NCBI RefSeq assembly: GCF_009834535.1 | Contig: NC_045697.1 | Span: forward strand, 99,388,001 to 99,452,000 | From: Camelus ferus | Lineage: Eukaryota | Length of the DNA stretch: 64,000 nucleotides | Direction: 5' to 3' | Shown: piece by piece, positions 38,801 through 52,356 of the stretch | How the letters are laid out: each line of letters opens with the position of its first letter | Numbering within the stretch: the first letter of the stretch is position 1 | Notes under the pieces: generated by a model | Told to the model about the DNA's origin: nothing | Databases searched by the model: none | The model's input: the letters and a program-made list of their open reading frames with translations, nothing else | Translations under genes and position numbers: made by a program

Positions 38801-40719
38801 CCTCCCGTACTTTTTTTTCCTCAGCCATCCACAATTCCAACAGTCCTTTAAGACTCTACTTTTTTTCTGGGGCATCTTTCTTAATCTCATTAGCCATCAG
38901 CCAGCTCTTTGTCCTCTGAAATTTTGTATTATCTCTGACACAATACCATACTGTCTTTTGTGCCATTTTTCTTTTTTTTAAGAAAAAATTTCCACCCACC
39001 TCATGCCAACCCCTGTCCTAGGAGTCTTAAATGCATTTTTTCAATTTATTTTTCAAAATAATAGTATCTTTATTTCCATTTTACACATGACTAAACTGGG
39101 ATTTACTGAAGTTCGATAACCTGATTAAAGCCATCTATCCAGGAAGGCGCATGGTTTAAACCCAGATGTATCTAATTCTGGAGACTGAGCTCTTCCCACA
39201 ATGCCACAGAACTTCAGTCTAACTCCCCAGCCCTGGTGTAAGTTATTTGAGGGCAGGCATCATATTGTTGGTATCCATGTGCCTCTCCACAGACTCCAAA
39301 AAAGACCCTTTCTTGACCACCAGAGAGAGTCAATAAATGTTCGTTAACAATGGTGCTGGGACTCTGTGCTTCTTCTGATACAAATGCTGCGTATATTCCA
39401 CCACATCTTCCACTGTTCTGAAAACACTTCAGGATGTTAGGAGGCTTCCTTCAGTTGCATGGGCAAAGCCAATCTCTGCAGGAGCAGCACTGCTGAAGCT
39501 ATACAGTTTGGAACCACCGTTTCATGATCTTCTGCTAAACTAGTCTTATACATTTTAGTTACAGCTTTCAAATCTTTCCTGGTCCACCTCCTTCTCAATT
39601 CTTCTGAAGAGCTCACCATCCAACACTGTTCTGACTTTCCAACACCACAGTAAACAGTAAGATAATGCCATATGCTCATTTGTTAAACAACTTGACAGAA
39701 GTATCCAATCAGACAACCAGACAGTAGAGTCATTAAAGTGACAAGACACTCTAAAGGATTTAAAAAATAAGGATGTCTGAAAGTCTAATGCAGATGTAAC
39801 TTAATTTGAAATGAGGTGACTCATCAAAGCAGGAGGAAGTACAAAGATTTAGTTACATGTCTATTGTTGCAAAAACTGGGAACAGCCTACATAGTGTTCA
39901 ACATAAAGGAACTGCTTAATAAAAGATGGTATATCTAAATAATGTAATACTACACAGCCATCAGATTACTCAGTCATTCAACAAATATATATTGAATGTT
40001 TCATTTGTATGAGATACATTAGAAAGAAATGACACCTGCCTTCATGGTACTGAAGAGTCTAGATGATGATACAGAAGAATGTGTAAGGAAAAAAATTTTT
40101 ATTGTTGAGTGATACCGTGGGTTACAATGGAATATGATATATATGAATTTTTTGTTGTTGCTGTTTTTCATAACAGAAGATACATTTGTTCTATGTTCAT
40201 AGCCTGCCTGAAGAAAACAGACATCTTCATGAGTAGGTCTGGCAGTATTTAATTTTATAGGAGAAAGCAAAGCTGCACATTCTAAAACAAAATTCTGAGT
40301 TAAAAGGAAGCAAGTATAAATCAAATAAAGGTGTATTGGAATCCCAACTGAAACTAATTTTAGGATAGATTTCTGAAATATTTTTATATACTCATTATAA
40401 ATATATATTATTTTAAAGTGTGAATTAAAAGTCTTCCATTAGTCAATTATGATGCTAAGATATTGTCTATTGATGTGTTAAAAAAAAAAAACAGAAAGAC
40501 AAAAGAATCAAATACCAAAAGCAAAAAAAGAAATGAAATTTTAAATCTCTTATGAAATGGCAATAAAGAGGACATCTACCTCTCTGGGTTGCCCTGTTTT
40601 GCATAAGTCCTGAAGACATATCTAACCAGCAAGAACATAAACTCTAATAATCTCTTAAGCTAAATAATAATAACCTATAAAATTTATAATATTCAAATCT
40701 CTTTACCCTTTCAAATTCT

Positions 40720-42820
40720 TAACTTTTAGGAATAGAGAAAAATTTCTTCAAGCTGATAAAGAACACCTAAAAATATCATATACTTAATATTGGAAGACTG
40801 AATGCTTTCTCCCTAAACTCAAGAACAAGGCAAGAATGTTTGCTCTTACCACTGTTATTCAACAAAGTATTGAAAGTGCTGGCCAGAACAACAAGGCAGA
40901 AAAAGAAAATAAAAGTTATACCGTTGAGAAAGGATCTATTTCTATTTGCAGATAACATGATTACCTATTTAGAAAATAGTAAGGAATCCACAAAAAAAAT
41001 TAAAAAGTTTCTAGAACTTGCGAGACCAGCAAGGTAGCAAAACACAAAATTAACATACAAATATATAATTATATTTCTACATAATAGCAATAAATTTGGG
41101 CACCAAAATTAAAACTATAATGCCATTTATGATCACTAAAAATGAAAAAGATGTAAATTTAACAAAACATATAAGCACTTATATGCTGAAAACTAAAAAC
41201 ACTGATGAATGAAATCAAGTTCTAAATAAATGAGGAAGCATGCTGAATTCATGGACTGGAACATTCAACATAGTAAAAACGTTGGATTTCCTCAGATTGA
41301 TATATAAAAGTTAAATACGATTTCTATCAAAATCTCAGAAAGATTTTTTTTGGTAGAGAAAGACAAGAATATTCTAAAATTTACATTAAAATGCAAGGAA
41401 ACTAAAATAGCTAAAATAACTTTGAAAAAGAAGAATAAAGTGGAAGGAATCAGCCTAACTAATCCCAAGACTTAAAAGTAATCAAGACTGCAGTACTAGT
41501 AGAAAGCTAGACTACCAGATAGTAGGACAGTAGCAGATATAGGACTGGTAGACAGTAGCACTAATAGACAGACAGGTAGAGAGACAGACTAGTAGAGGTC
41601 AGTAGAACAGAACAGAGGACCCCAAAATAGATCTGCACAACATAAGTTCAAATGATTTTTACAAAGGTTCAAAAGCAACTTCATGGAGGAAGGATAACTT
41701 TTTCAACAAATTGGCTGGAGCAACTAAACATTCATAGGTCAGGAAAAGAAGTATTTTGACCTAAACCTCACACCCTATACAAAAATTAACCCAAAATGGG
41801 TCACAGACTTACATGCAAAATGTCAAACTACAGAAATCTTAGAAAAAGCAGAGAGAATGAAAAAAAATCTTAAAATAAAAATCTAGGTGAAGAGTTCTTA
41901 AACTTTAAACCAAAAGCAGAATGAGTAAAGGAAAAATTGATAAATTGGACTTCACCAAACTAAATGCTTTTCTTCTGTGAAAGACTCTTAAAAGAGAGGA
42001 TGAAAAGACAAATTACAGACTGGGAGAAAATAACTGCAAACCACCTGACAAAGGGCTTGTATCTAGAATATATGAAGAATTCTCAAAACAAAGCAGTAAG
42101 AATTCTCAAAACACCGCTAGCAAAGATACAAGGAAACTGGATCATTCACACATGGTTGGTGGACAGTGAAGTAAGACAGCTGCCACGGAAAACAGTTCAG
42201 CAGTTTCTTAAAGAGGAAGAACTAAACATGCAACTATCATACAGTCAAGCAACTGTAATCCTGGGCATTCATCCTAAAGAAGTGAAAATTACAACCACAG
42301 AAGAACCTACACATGAGTGTTCATAGTAGCTTTATTCATAATCTGGCTATAACTCAGATGTCCTTCAACAGGTGAGTAGTTTAAAAATCTGTGGATATCC
42401 ATACCACGGAATACAGCTCAGCAATAAAAAAGACTGAGCTATTGATACATGCAACAACTTGGACAAATCTCCGAAGATTTATGCTGAGTAAAAAAAAAGT
42501 CAATCCTAAATGGTTACAAGTGCATGAGTCCATTTACAGAACACTCTTGAAATGACAATATTATAGAAATGGGGAAACAGACACACTAGTTGTTGCCAGG
42601 GTTTAAAAAGTGGAAGGGAGTAGGTGTAGCTATCAAAAGACAACGCGAGGGATTCTGGAGCTGATGGAAGTGTTCCCTGTCTTGGCTGTATCACTGTCAA
42701 TACCTTGGTTGTGATATTACATAATACAGGGCTAAGGATGCATGGGATCTCTCTGTATCATGTCTTACAACTCATGTGAATCTATAATCATTTTAAAATT
42801 AGAAGTTTAATTTGAAAAAT
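40720..42820 (+). mobile_element. Degenerate LINE-1 (ORF2 fragments with internal deletions plus 3' UTR, L1MC/MD-like)
   Basis: Peptides include LLPLLFNKVLKVLA, LFADNMITYLEN and MKRQITDWEK. The 3' end is ggatctctctgtat...gtgaatctataat followed by an A-rich tail. Confidence 0.9.
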
Positions 42821-43959
42821 CAAAAGGGAAATGAAGATCGGTGCTAGTTAGAGTCAGCTAACTTTCTACCAAATCTAAGCGGCTGTCTATAGACAAGTGC
42901 TGGTATAGATACCCCAAGTTTAAGTAACCTATAATTTTAATTTGAGAACTAACCTTGATTCTAATTTAAAACTTCTAGGTGTCCCTTTCCCCCATGTCGC
43001 AGCTTCTGCTGATACATGTACTGAACAAAAACCAAACAAATGTATGAGACAGTATAAAAAAATCAGAACCCTTTACACAACAGTATTAAAGTGGAAAATA
43101 AATGTGTGAATGATGAAAACAAAGACACACATATCTAGTTGTGGAATATGATACATAAGACAAACAAAAGTACACGCTAATATTTTTGTAGTAGTAATAG
43201 AGTGAATGTTCTAAATAAGTTAAACAATCCTGTTTTTCTTAATATACTAATTTCATCAAATGAAAAGGAATAGAAAAAAGCAAAGGACAATTATCTGGCC
43301 CTGAATTACTAACTTCAACCATTACATTAATCAAAATAGTCTTGTCTGATTTCATGCAATTCCTTTTCTGCAGTTAATATTTTTGTTAAAGGGAAAATCC
43401 AACATCTCTTGTGGCCACACTTACTCTTCCCCATTCATTCGTTACCATATCCACAAGCGTTTTTGATAGTCTGTTTTCAGGTGCTGCCTGGTACTGAGGG
43501 AGGCAGGAAGATAAACTAGAAACGGTCTCTGCTACTCATGTTTTAATGAATTTAAAAAAACAGGTTGAAAAATGAATGATTCCTCAAAGCCTAATGTTTT
43601 TTTATAATTTTTCTCTGTATTGTAAATAGCATTTATTTGCTTACTATCAATTTATGTAACTAATCCCCTAATGTTGGGCATCTATCTGTTTTCTCAACTT
43701 TTCATGATTATAATTAATGCACAGCAGTAATAACTGACAATAAACAAAACATTTTAAAAGACCAAAAACTAAAAAATGAAAAATTACTTAAAGAGAGATG
43801 AAATCTTAACCTCTTCAATCAAGTTGGTAACATGTGAAAAATTAGTAATTGGAAAATGTTGGGTTTTTTTGTCTTCCAAATTGTTGTTTAAACCTCAGCT
43901 TCTTGACCAATTTGGGTTCCAGTTGGTTTCTGTTTGATAATCTTTAATTTACCCTTGAC

Positions 43960-44362
43960 TTCTACCCTTCAACCATGCTGAACTCCTTTCAATTTCCCTA
44001 ACTAGCTATGTTCTTTTCTAGTGATTTGGTGTGTTTTCTCAGTCTTGAAAACTTCCCCACCCAACATTTCCACTAACTGTCTCCTACTAAATCTCTGCAC
44101 TTCAAAGACACTTTTGTGTGAAATCTTCCCAGATCCCTCGAAGGCTGGGTGAAGCATACCTCATGTGTCCTGTAATTGTTTCACCCTACTGTAATTAGTC
44201 CTTTACTTGTCTGTCTGCCCCAGTGGGCCTAAAGCTCTTTGAGGCGAGAATGATGTTTTGTTCACTATTTAATGGCCGTCATTGAGAAAAAGGTCTGATC
44301 CACAGCAGATGCTCAGGGAATATCTAAGAGTGATGAAAGAATGAGAATGAATGAATGAACAA
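43960..44362 (+). mobile_element. LINE-2 3' fragment
   Basis: It carries aagctctttgaggc...ttttgttcacta...agatgctca...gaatgaatgaatgaa. Confidence 0.7.
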
Positions 44363-46714
44363 ATAGATTCTTAAACCTTTAGCACAGGAAGATGGGCAAC
44401 TCTTTAGTCACCCAGATGACTGGTTCTCTCATACAAAGATGAGCAAGTTCCCTGGAGATGCCTCAGATCCATCCTAGAGCTCGATCGTTCCACTGCCGCA
44501 CAATCTAGAAGCTTAAGCATCTTTGCAGAAAACACCACTGAATCTAACAGGTGTCTCCTGTGAGCTACTCTTGGAAATAGTCCTTTATGGCAAATACTTC
44601 AAGGTCCTGGAAAAGATACCTCACATAAGTTCAGTGTGCAACGGGCAGCCAGGAGTGTCCCCAGCGAAGTTGGCATAAAAGGCTGCCTGCAATGTATTAT
44701 TTATGTAGGTTAATCTGACTGCTTCTTTTTCCTGGAGAAATATTAAAGGCCTGGGTACTTTCAAGTGAGGATTTTCTGGTACTAAGAGTCTGCCACTAAG
44801 TCTCCATCTTTCCCAGTACTGAGACTGCAGATCTTTAAACAGCAGTTCTGAGAGAGCTCGGCAGTACTCCCAGGGACAAAGGCCTTAAGACACAGGATGG
44901 ATGCCTGCCCCTCGTTTTCCCACGTCTCATTTCAGAAGGTTCTTCCCACTGCAAACAGCAGCGTGATTTTTCTCCCTCCTGACCTTTGTCAACAGTGTTG
45001 CTGCACTGCATTTGGAAGTATTAACAATGGTCATTACCTGCCCTGTTTATTCAGTGTTAAGTATTAACAAGGCCTGTGCTATTTCAGCTGCTGCCATATT
45101 TCTCCAGGAAAGACGTGCCTATGTAAATGCCCTAATGCAAACAGGAGCCTTGTCTTTTTGTAAGTGGGGGCAGAGAGGAGACTTGGAAACAATTGAAAGG
45201 ATAGAAGAAAACAGTAGCTATGTTAAAAATATCGTTTTCAGAAACACATAAACTAATGGCACCATGAAATCTTGTTCGTGGCTGATTTTTGCCTGTGCAT
45301 TTGGCCACCAGGTTTTTACTAATATAGGGGCGATAATTTAGCACAGATTTCTGGGTTTGTTTATAATAGTTTCAAACAGTTTGCTACTGAGTAAACAGTG
45401 TATAATAGTTTACAGAATAAAGAGAAAAGAAATAAGCCTTTGGCATTGGACTTTCTTTGCTTAGGGTTTGCATGTTTGGTTTCTGGTGTGGAACAGCTAT
45501 GTCAGAGTGGGTGGGAGCCTGTCTCTGAGGGGATGCAGCAAGCTGACAATAGTTCCTTGAGCATGAGGACGGGTGAAGGGTTTCATTAAAACTCCTAACA
45601 GATACTGCTTGTTGGACAGTGAAATCGCAAAACGTGCAAAGAGGAGGGCCAAACATCATGCAGAAAATCGAATACAAATACAAAACTGACTTGAGGGGAG
45701 AAACCTTTCACTAGAGTCAGCTTTTCTGTAAAAATCGGCTCACTTATAAACTTACTGAAGTTTAGGTTTGGGTCAGGTCACGAGGCAAAATTTTACCCTC
45801 AAACAGCTGCAGGGAACCACCAATGAAATAAGATGAAGCCAGATACGTGTTTCCTGGACAAGATTTGATGCAAGAAAGTAAAGATGTAGGTCACCTTTCC
45901 ATTTTTAAAGCACCCAAGCAGTTACAAAGAAAGGAAAACAGACAAAGTGTGGAGAATAGAAGACTTTTTTGTGTGTAGAACCTTAAGAAATGAAGCAATG
46001 TTACTATTTCTACTGGGATTTACAAATCTGCGTGTTGTTTAAGAACATGGGCTTTGGAGTTCACTTACAAGCTTCAAATCCCAATTTAACCATTTTGGAG
46101 CTGTGTGATCTTGGACAAAGTACTTAACTGTTTTTAATTTTCTATTTTTTAAAAATGAGCATGGATTACTTATAGAAAAGAGATAAACTTAAGATGAAAA
46201 AAAAGTGATTTTTCTGAAAGGACTTCAGCAACATAACCTTACACAAGAACAACTGCCTCCATTTAATGAGGGTCTTCTATGCACCAGGCATTTGAGATAC
46301 ATTATTCTAAACTTTACACAGTCTGGCAAGGTTAATAGTATTATTCCCAGTTTATAAAGTAAGAAAAGTCAAGTTCAAAGTAACTAAGGAATTAGACTTG
46401 GTCTCAGAGCTGAAAAATGGCAAAACCATCTACCTACATTCCTTACTTCATTTTTTTTCTTATTAAAAATAAATGAGCCAAGAATTTCCCTTCCCTCTCT
46501 GATGCCTCTTTTCCTAGTGGTATTCCAGATCACAAGTATATTGAGAGTCTTTCTTTCTTCTTTCCCTTGTTTGACCCATTTAACTTTCCTAAAATCACCC
46601 CCTGCACCTGCTTCCTGGTACCACTGACCCCAGTACTTCTGCCTAATTTGATTTGACTTGAGCCCTGTCCTCAAGGCTCCTATCAGATCCACCTCCACCA
46701 TCAGCACCACCATC

Positions 46715-46915
46715 ATAATAATAGCAGACACTTATTTAGCACTTCTTTATGTGCTGGAACCCTATAAGATAGTTACTATTATTGTCCCCATTTTAGAGAT
46801 ATGGAAACTGGGTCACTGAAAAGGTTAATTGCCTACCAGAGGCTCAGAGTAGGTGGCAGAGATGGAGTACTGACCTCAGCAGTCTGGCTCCAGAGTTCTT
46901 GGTCTAACTCTACGC
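46715..46915 (-). mobile_element. MIR SINE
   Basis: It carries attattgtccccattttagagatatggaaactg...cagtctggctccagag. Confidence 0.75.
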
Positions 46916-48697
46916 TACAGGTCTCCACAGCCCCAGAGAAACCCAAAGGAAGTTCCTAATTCCAGCAAGTGAATCTGAGCAGGAGCGAGGAGTACCTATT
47001 TGACAGGTACTCCAAACATTTTATGATGTTAGATATAAAAAGTGCTTCCTTCTTGATGTAAATGTGCATTTTTAAATCACCATGGATAAAATTATTTTTT
47101 AGTGGGCTAGCCCAGGGACATTGTTTTTATGGGAACATAAGTTCTGGGTTTTCCAAAAAAAAAAAAAAACAAAACAAAACTACTGGGATAGTCTGCTCAT
47201 AAGCTGGAGATTTCCTTTATTTCCATTTAGGATAAAGTTAAAGTGGGGGAAACGGGAAGATGAGGGGAAAGGAGACACTTCAAATTCTTTGTGGATACAA
47301 TTTAGCATGCAATCTGGATAATACATCCCGGCTTTCTAAGTGTGCTAAACATAAACATAAATGGTTTGTCAGAGCTAATCTGGCAGCCAAAAGTGAATAT
47401 TAATAACATAGAAGATCAATAAGATGCCTAGCAAAGAACAACGGATTAACTTGGTTCTAGAAATAGCACAAATCGTGTAGGCCAGGGAGGAAGGCATGGG
47501 ACAAGAGGCGTAGTCAGAGAGAAATTCATCTCTTCCTTATACGATTCAAGGAATTGAGAACAGACAATAAAATATGCCCATCTCTTTTGGCTCTACCCAC
47601 TAAATAAGCAGTTTAATCAATTTTTACCTTTCCCTCCCTGTCTGCATCTGCCACTACTAGCTCAATAGGAGAATGGATAACCCTAGTTCAAACACAGGTC
47701 AGGATGACTATTATAAATATTCCGACCTATGCTATTACTTTCTCCCTCTGGTCCTGTGTCGTGTACTCTATTTAAGTAAAGGGCTGCACAAGGGAGTTTT
47801 TACCCAAAGCATATTCAATTTTAAAAAGGGGGTTTCATGTTCAAGTAAGTCTGAGAAAAGCTGCACAACAACCCCCCTTTTAAGATATCGAGGGCTCAGA
47901 GAAGTTTTTCAGGAAAGACACTTGCTTGACACATGTAACCCAGTGTTTCCCAAGCCTTTTGGCCATCAAATCTTTTTTTCTTAACCCCTATTAACATCTC
48001 TGTGCGGAATGAAGGTGAGAACTCTGGACCAGGAGGACAGCAAACTGAGTTCCCATCCCTCCTTCCTGTGAGACCCAAGTCCCTTAACCACCCACCCCTG
48101 CCACCGGGAGTCTGTCCAGCCACAAGGTTCTAAGAATTTCCAACTCGTCTGCTTAAGTGGCTGTGGCCAGCAGCATGGAAGCCAGGCTCTGGGCAGGCAC
48201 TTCGGACCGGCGAACCCCTCCTGCTGGGGTTCCGAAGCCCTCACATCACCCAGGAGCAGCCTAGACAATGGGCTCTTTTACACCCTTCACATTCGGCCTT
48301 TTACGCCCAGGCCTAGTGAGCACTAAGATTGTAAAGGCTGCTTTGGCGGGTAAGGGGAGGGAGGGAATTTGTAGAAAATTGTTATAACAAGCTTATATTT
48401 GTTCTTTGAAACATTTGCTGGCATTCAGACGTGGCTTTTAAAATAGTTTCTTGTGCTTTTTCATTTAAATATGCAAGTTTAATAAACATTATTCATCCAA
48501 AACAGAGAAATGATGCGAACTCGTATTACAACTGATTCTTTCGGCATATGCTCTTAGGCTCTGTTCTCAGCTGATTTCACTCGAAATGCTGTTAACTCTG
48601 ATATTTCAACTTTTCTGGGGAAAAGTGATGACGATCTAGAGAATTCCTCCTAATACTGAGAAAATGCAACTTTTATACAGTTCCACAAATTACTCAC

Positions 48698-48737
48698 CTT
48701 TTCCTTCTATTTACAGATTTTTCTCCTTTCAAACAGT
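48698..48737 (-). other. Weak candidate 40-nt exon
   Basis: cccttagttttccttag|ACTGTTTG...GGAAAAG|gtgagt has a perfect donor and a short pyrimidine tract. Confidence 0.25.
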
Positions 48738-48819
48738 CTAAGGAAAACTAAGGGTTATCTGTCTACAAGCTGAGGTTGATTTTCTTGTTTTTATAACAAG
48801 GACATATAAACACTATAAA

Positions 48820-49050
48820 ACTAACACTTATGTAAGTGGCCTGGTATATGACAGACTTTACTCTAGGCAACATGTGCGTTAATCTTAACAACAACCCAAC
48901 AAGATCGGTACTACTGTGACCGCAATTTTACAGATGTGGAAACCGAGGTGCAGAGAGGATAAGTGACTTTCCAAGGCACACATCGCTAGGAAGTGGCAGA
49001 GTTGAGATTTGAATCCAGCCATCTGTGTTCTTAACCACCATGTACCACAT
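48820..49050 (-). mobile_element. MIR SINE
   Basis: It carries ttttacagatgtggaaaccgaggtgcagagagg...aagtggcagagttgagatttgaatcca. Confidence 0.8.
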
Positions 49051-49514
49051 CTTGCTTTCATTTGTAAAACAACAGAACCATCACCATAAAAATATATAAA
49101 TCATTGCAGGACACAATGTGGAGTTACATGAACTCCATGATATAACTAAAGACCTCTTGGTTCTACTGAAGTCAGATGAAGGGGGAAAGGCCTGACCGAT
49201 ATTATAAAGGTTACTGGTTGGCGATAAGAAAACACATTCTGTCTTTTCAGTAATCCGAGACTGGCTTACCTAAGGAGGCTGGGAAATCTTCCCAAATGCT
49301 TAATAATAAAAGTGAGAGAACCATCTGAAATACTTTGGAAAAATTCTCACAGAAATGGAAATGGGCTAAGTTAACTGTCCTCAACCTTGTTATTCCAAGT
49401 CCTTCCTGGGAGTACTCCATGAATATTTTCCCAAGACGTTAAAAGAATGTTTTCAACATGTTAATCAGGGGCGAGGGGGAGGATGGTGAGGAGGAGAGGA
49501 AGCAAAGACTGAGA

Positions 49515-49970
49515 TTAAAAAGATTTAAGAGACAGAACAACCAGTGTACTGTGTGGACTCTGTCTCCATCCTGATGGAAAAAACCAACTAGGAAAAGCCT
49601 TTTTTGAGACCATTAAGAAAATCCCATTATGAACTGGGTGTCAGATGATAGGAAGGAGTTACTGCTAATTTTGTTAGGTCAGATAACAGCAGTGTGATTA
49701 TATGAGAAATCGCCATAGGTTTTAGAGACGCATCCTGCAGTAAATAAGGGTGCAACAACATGATGGTTGAGCTTTTTACTCTGACAAAAAAAAAAAAAAG
49801 AGGAGGCTAGATGAAGCAAGGGTGGCAAGCCTTGACAACCGCAGGCTCTGAGTGACGGTGCCCGAGATCATCATACCTCCTCGGCCGCTGCATGTTTGAC
49901 AACTTCCAGGATAAAATATGTTGACAAAGAGTATGGAAGGATTTTTCCCTCCCGATGAAAAATACTTTGA
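49515..49970 (+). mobile_element. Old L1 (L1MC/ME-like) 3' UTR fragment
   Basis: It carries aaagatttaagagaca...aactgggtgtcagatgata...ttactgctaattttgttagg...gcatgtttgacaacttcca. Confidence 0.65.
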
Positions 49971-50354
49971 AAAACAAATACTCTGAAAACAAACTACTCT
50001 AGAAATGGCCAGATACACACCTGGGTTATATAGTTCAGTTCTCCTAAGACTGAGGCTGGGAAAGGGAAGTGAGAATTAAAGGGAAGAGCAAGACTTAACT
50101 ATGGAATGGAGAGAGATGGGAAGGAAAAAGAACAGCTCCACTGTTTCAAGGAGACTTTTAGAGGACAAGCCTGTCAGCTCTAGTTCTGCTGGGTCTGCTT
50201 AGACTTCCTTTAGTAACGTGCTTCTCACCCAGTACTCTCCACCACTTTGAAAAGTACTACATAGAACAAGCCTGGTATCCTCCTTCACTTTGAGCATTTG
50301 GTGTCTCACCCATCCTCCACTGGTTCTCAGTCCTGAGGAGTGACTGGTGTAATC

Positions 50355-50356
<2 letters not shown>

Positions 50357-50396
<40 letters not shown>

Positions 50397-50402
50397 TGTG
50401 TG
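50357..50402. repeat. (TG)n microsatellite
   Basis: Read directly from the sequence; one interruption near the right end. Confidence 0.95.
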
Positions 50403-51839
50403 GTCAGCCCGTCCTCTGTCGTGGTGGTTATAATCTACATCCTTGTCTTTCATCCACTGGGTTACATCTTTATTATAAGACCATGAGCCACATTTTCATT
50501 TGGTATTCCAGGTGTGCTTACTATACATCCATCTTCAGGTAAGCGAATATCCTTCAATAATTAGGAAACAAGTTTTGCTTTCCCAAAGGAAAAACACATA
50601 GCTACATCACTATACCTTCCCTAAGTGCTTTTACTAGAAGCCCATCAAAACATATTAAAATACAAATAAAAACCTTTAGAGACAGGAATAAACACTCTGA
50701 ACAAATTAGTTGGTCAGACTCACCAAATACTACATTTTCTAACATCCTCTTTCACCCCAGTGACAAAGATAACCACTGATGTATTTTGTTTCTAAGCATA
50801 CGCTAGCCTTTTGCTTTTAATTAAGCCCTATGGTAAATTTTGCATCCTACTTTTCTCACATAACATTAAAATATGAACATTTTCCTGTTCTAATTCTTCA
50901 TAAGCACCCATGAATGGCTGGAGAATATCCTGTCAATTGGAGGTAGGAAACTTAAATTTTCCCCAACTACTAGATGTCAGGGTGTTGCCACTGGTTTAAT
51001 ATTATAAATAATATTCTAATGAACATCTTTACGTGCAATACTTTCTTACATAATTATACGTATTTCCATAGAATTGATCCTCAGAGCATAATAAAAAAAT
51101 GAAATTAAGAACAGTATCTAGTAATTTACCTTAACACAAGAAAGAAAAGAATAATTTAAAAAAGGTCCCATTGAGAGGTGAGTTTGCACTAGACGAGCCC
51201 GAATGTCCTGACTCTGTAATCTGTGGCTCGTACCATGTGCTGGAAGACAAATGTCTCTCTGCTTGGTGCTTCTTGGTTGCACGTGGTGTTAACCTTGACC
51301 TAACCCTAGTCACTACCCCTGAATGCTTCTCGCTGTCTTGTTTTTCTTACAGTGTAATAACATGAATCTGCAGTCCTGGCTGTTCTGTTTAGAATTTCAT
51401 CATCCTTCCTCACTCCTACAGCAGTTTGTTGTACCTCCACTTCCCTCAGTCCCCCTCACGCTAGTCAGTTGTTTGCGTTATCTGTCTGCTGAGTCTCTTG
51501 AATTCATCTCTAAATCCTCAACAGTGCCGGGGACTGTGCTAAGCAGAGAGCAAACACTGCCAGAACATTAACTGATTTCCGTTCAATTGTTAGCATCATT
51601 CTGTTCCTGAGCAGGTTATAGTTTTTATTGTCCTCAACCCTACCCAGCACTTAAAATTCCTCTCTATTTAGCCTCTTCTATACGTTTAATGAATGTGCTG
51701 TTTACATCCTTCCTCAGATAATTAATGAAGATCTTCCGTAAGACCACGTCGAACACAGATTCCTACCCTCCTCCAGACTCCATGCAATGCCATTTATCAT
51801 TACACTTTCAGTCCTTCAGGCAATTTTCAATCAATTTGA

Positions 51840-52060
51840 CACATCCAAGTCAATTTGAATTCATTTTTCCAAACCAAATTTTATGAGACCTGGTATCAAT
51901 TCTTCCATTCACGTCTGGATGTATTTAGAAATAATAATGTATCTACTGCATTCTTTTTGTCCACTTGTTCTCAGATTCCCCCCCCCCAAATCAATTAAGT
52001 TGATCTAACATAAAAAGTTTTATAAATCCATGCTGTCTGTGGCTCATAGCTCTAATGTCT
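51840..52060 (-). mobile_element. Ancient CR1/L3 reverse-transcriptase fragment (may extend further on both sides)
   Basis: tctactgcattc...tccac...aattaagttgatctaacat...aaatccatgctg resembles the reverse of the CR1 segment encoding QHGF...NLI...VD. Confidence 0.5.
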
Positions 52061-52154
52061 GATAGATGTTCATATATTTACCCACTCAAAGGTTCTATTT
52101 GTTAGCAATGCAGTTTTCCTAATTCATTTATTTATTCTACAACTGCCTATGGAA

Positions 52155-52356
52155 CAGCTGACCCTTGAGCAACATGGTTGAAACTGCACAGGTCCACTGA
52201 CATGTGGATTTTTTTCAATAACTAATACAGTGCTACACAATATGTAACTGTTGAACTGTGGATACAAGGGTCGACTGTGGGACTTGAGCATCTGCGGATT
52301 TGGGTATCCCCAGCGGGTCCTGGAACCAACGCCCGGTGGATACTGAGGGATGACTG
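52155..52356. mobile_element. Tigger-family MITE (MER2B-like)
   Basis: It carries cagctgacccttgagcaaca...ggtcctggaaccaa...ggatactgagggatgactg, with inverted termini. Confidence 0.8.

Noticed and set aside
46989..47013. 9-bp inverted repeat ggagtacct/aggtactcc
   Set aside because: An isolated short stem is within chance expectation for 64 kb.
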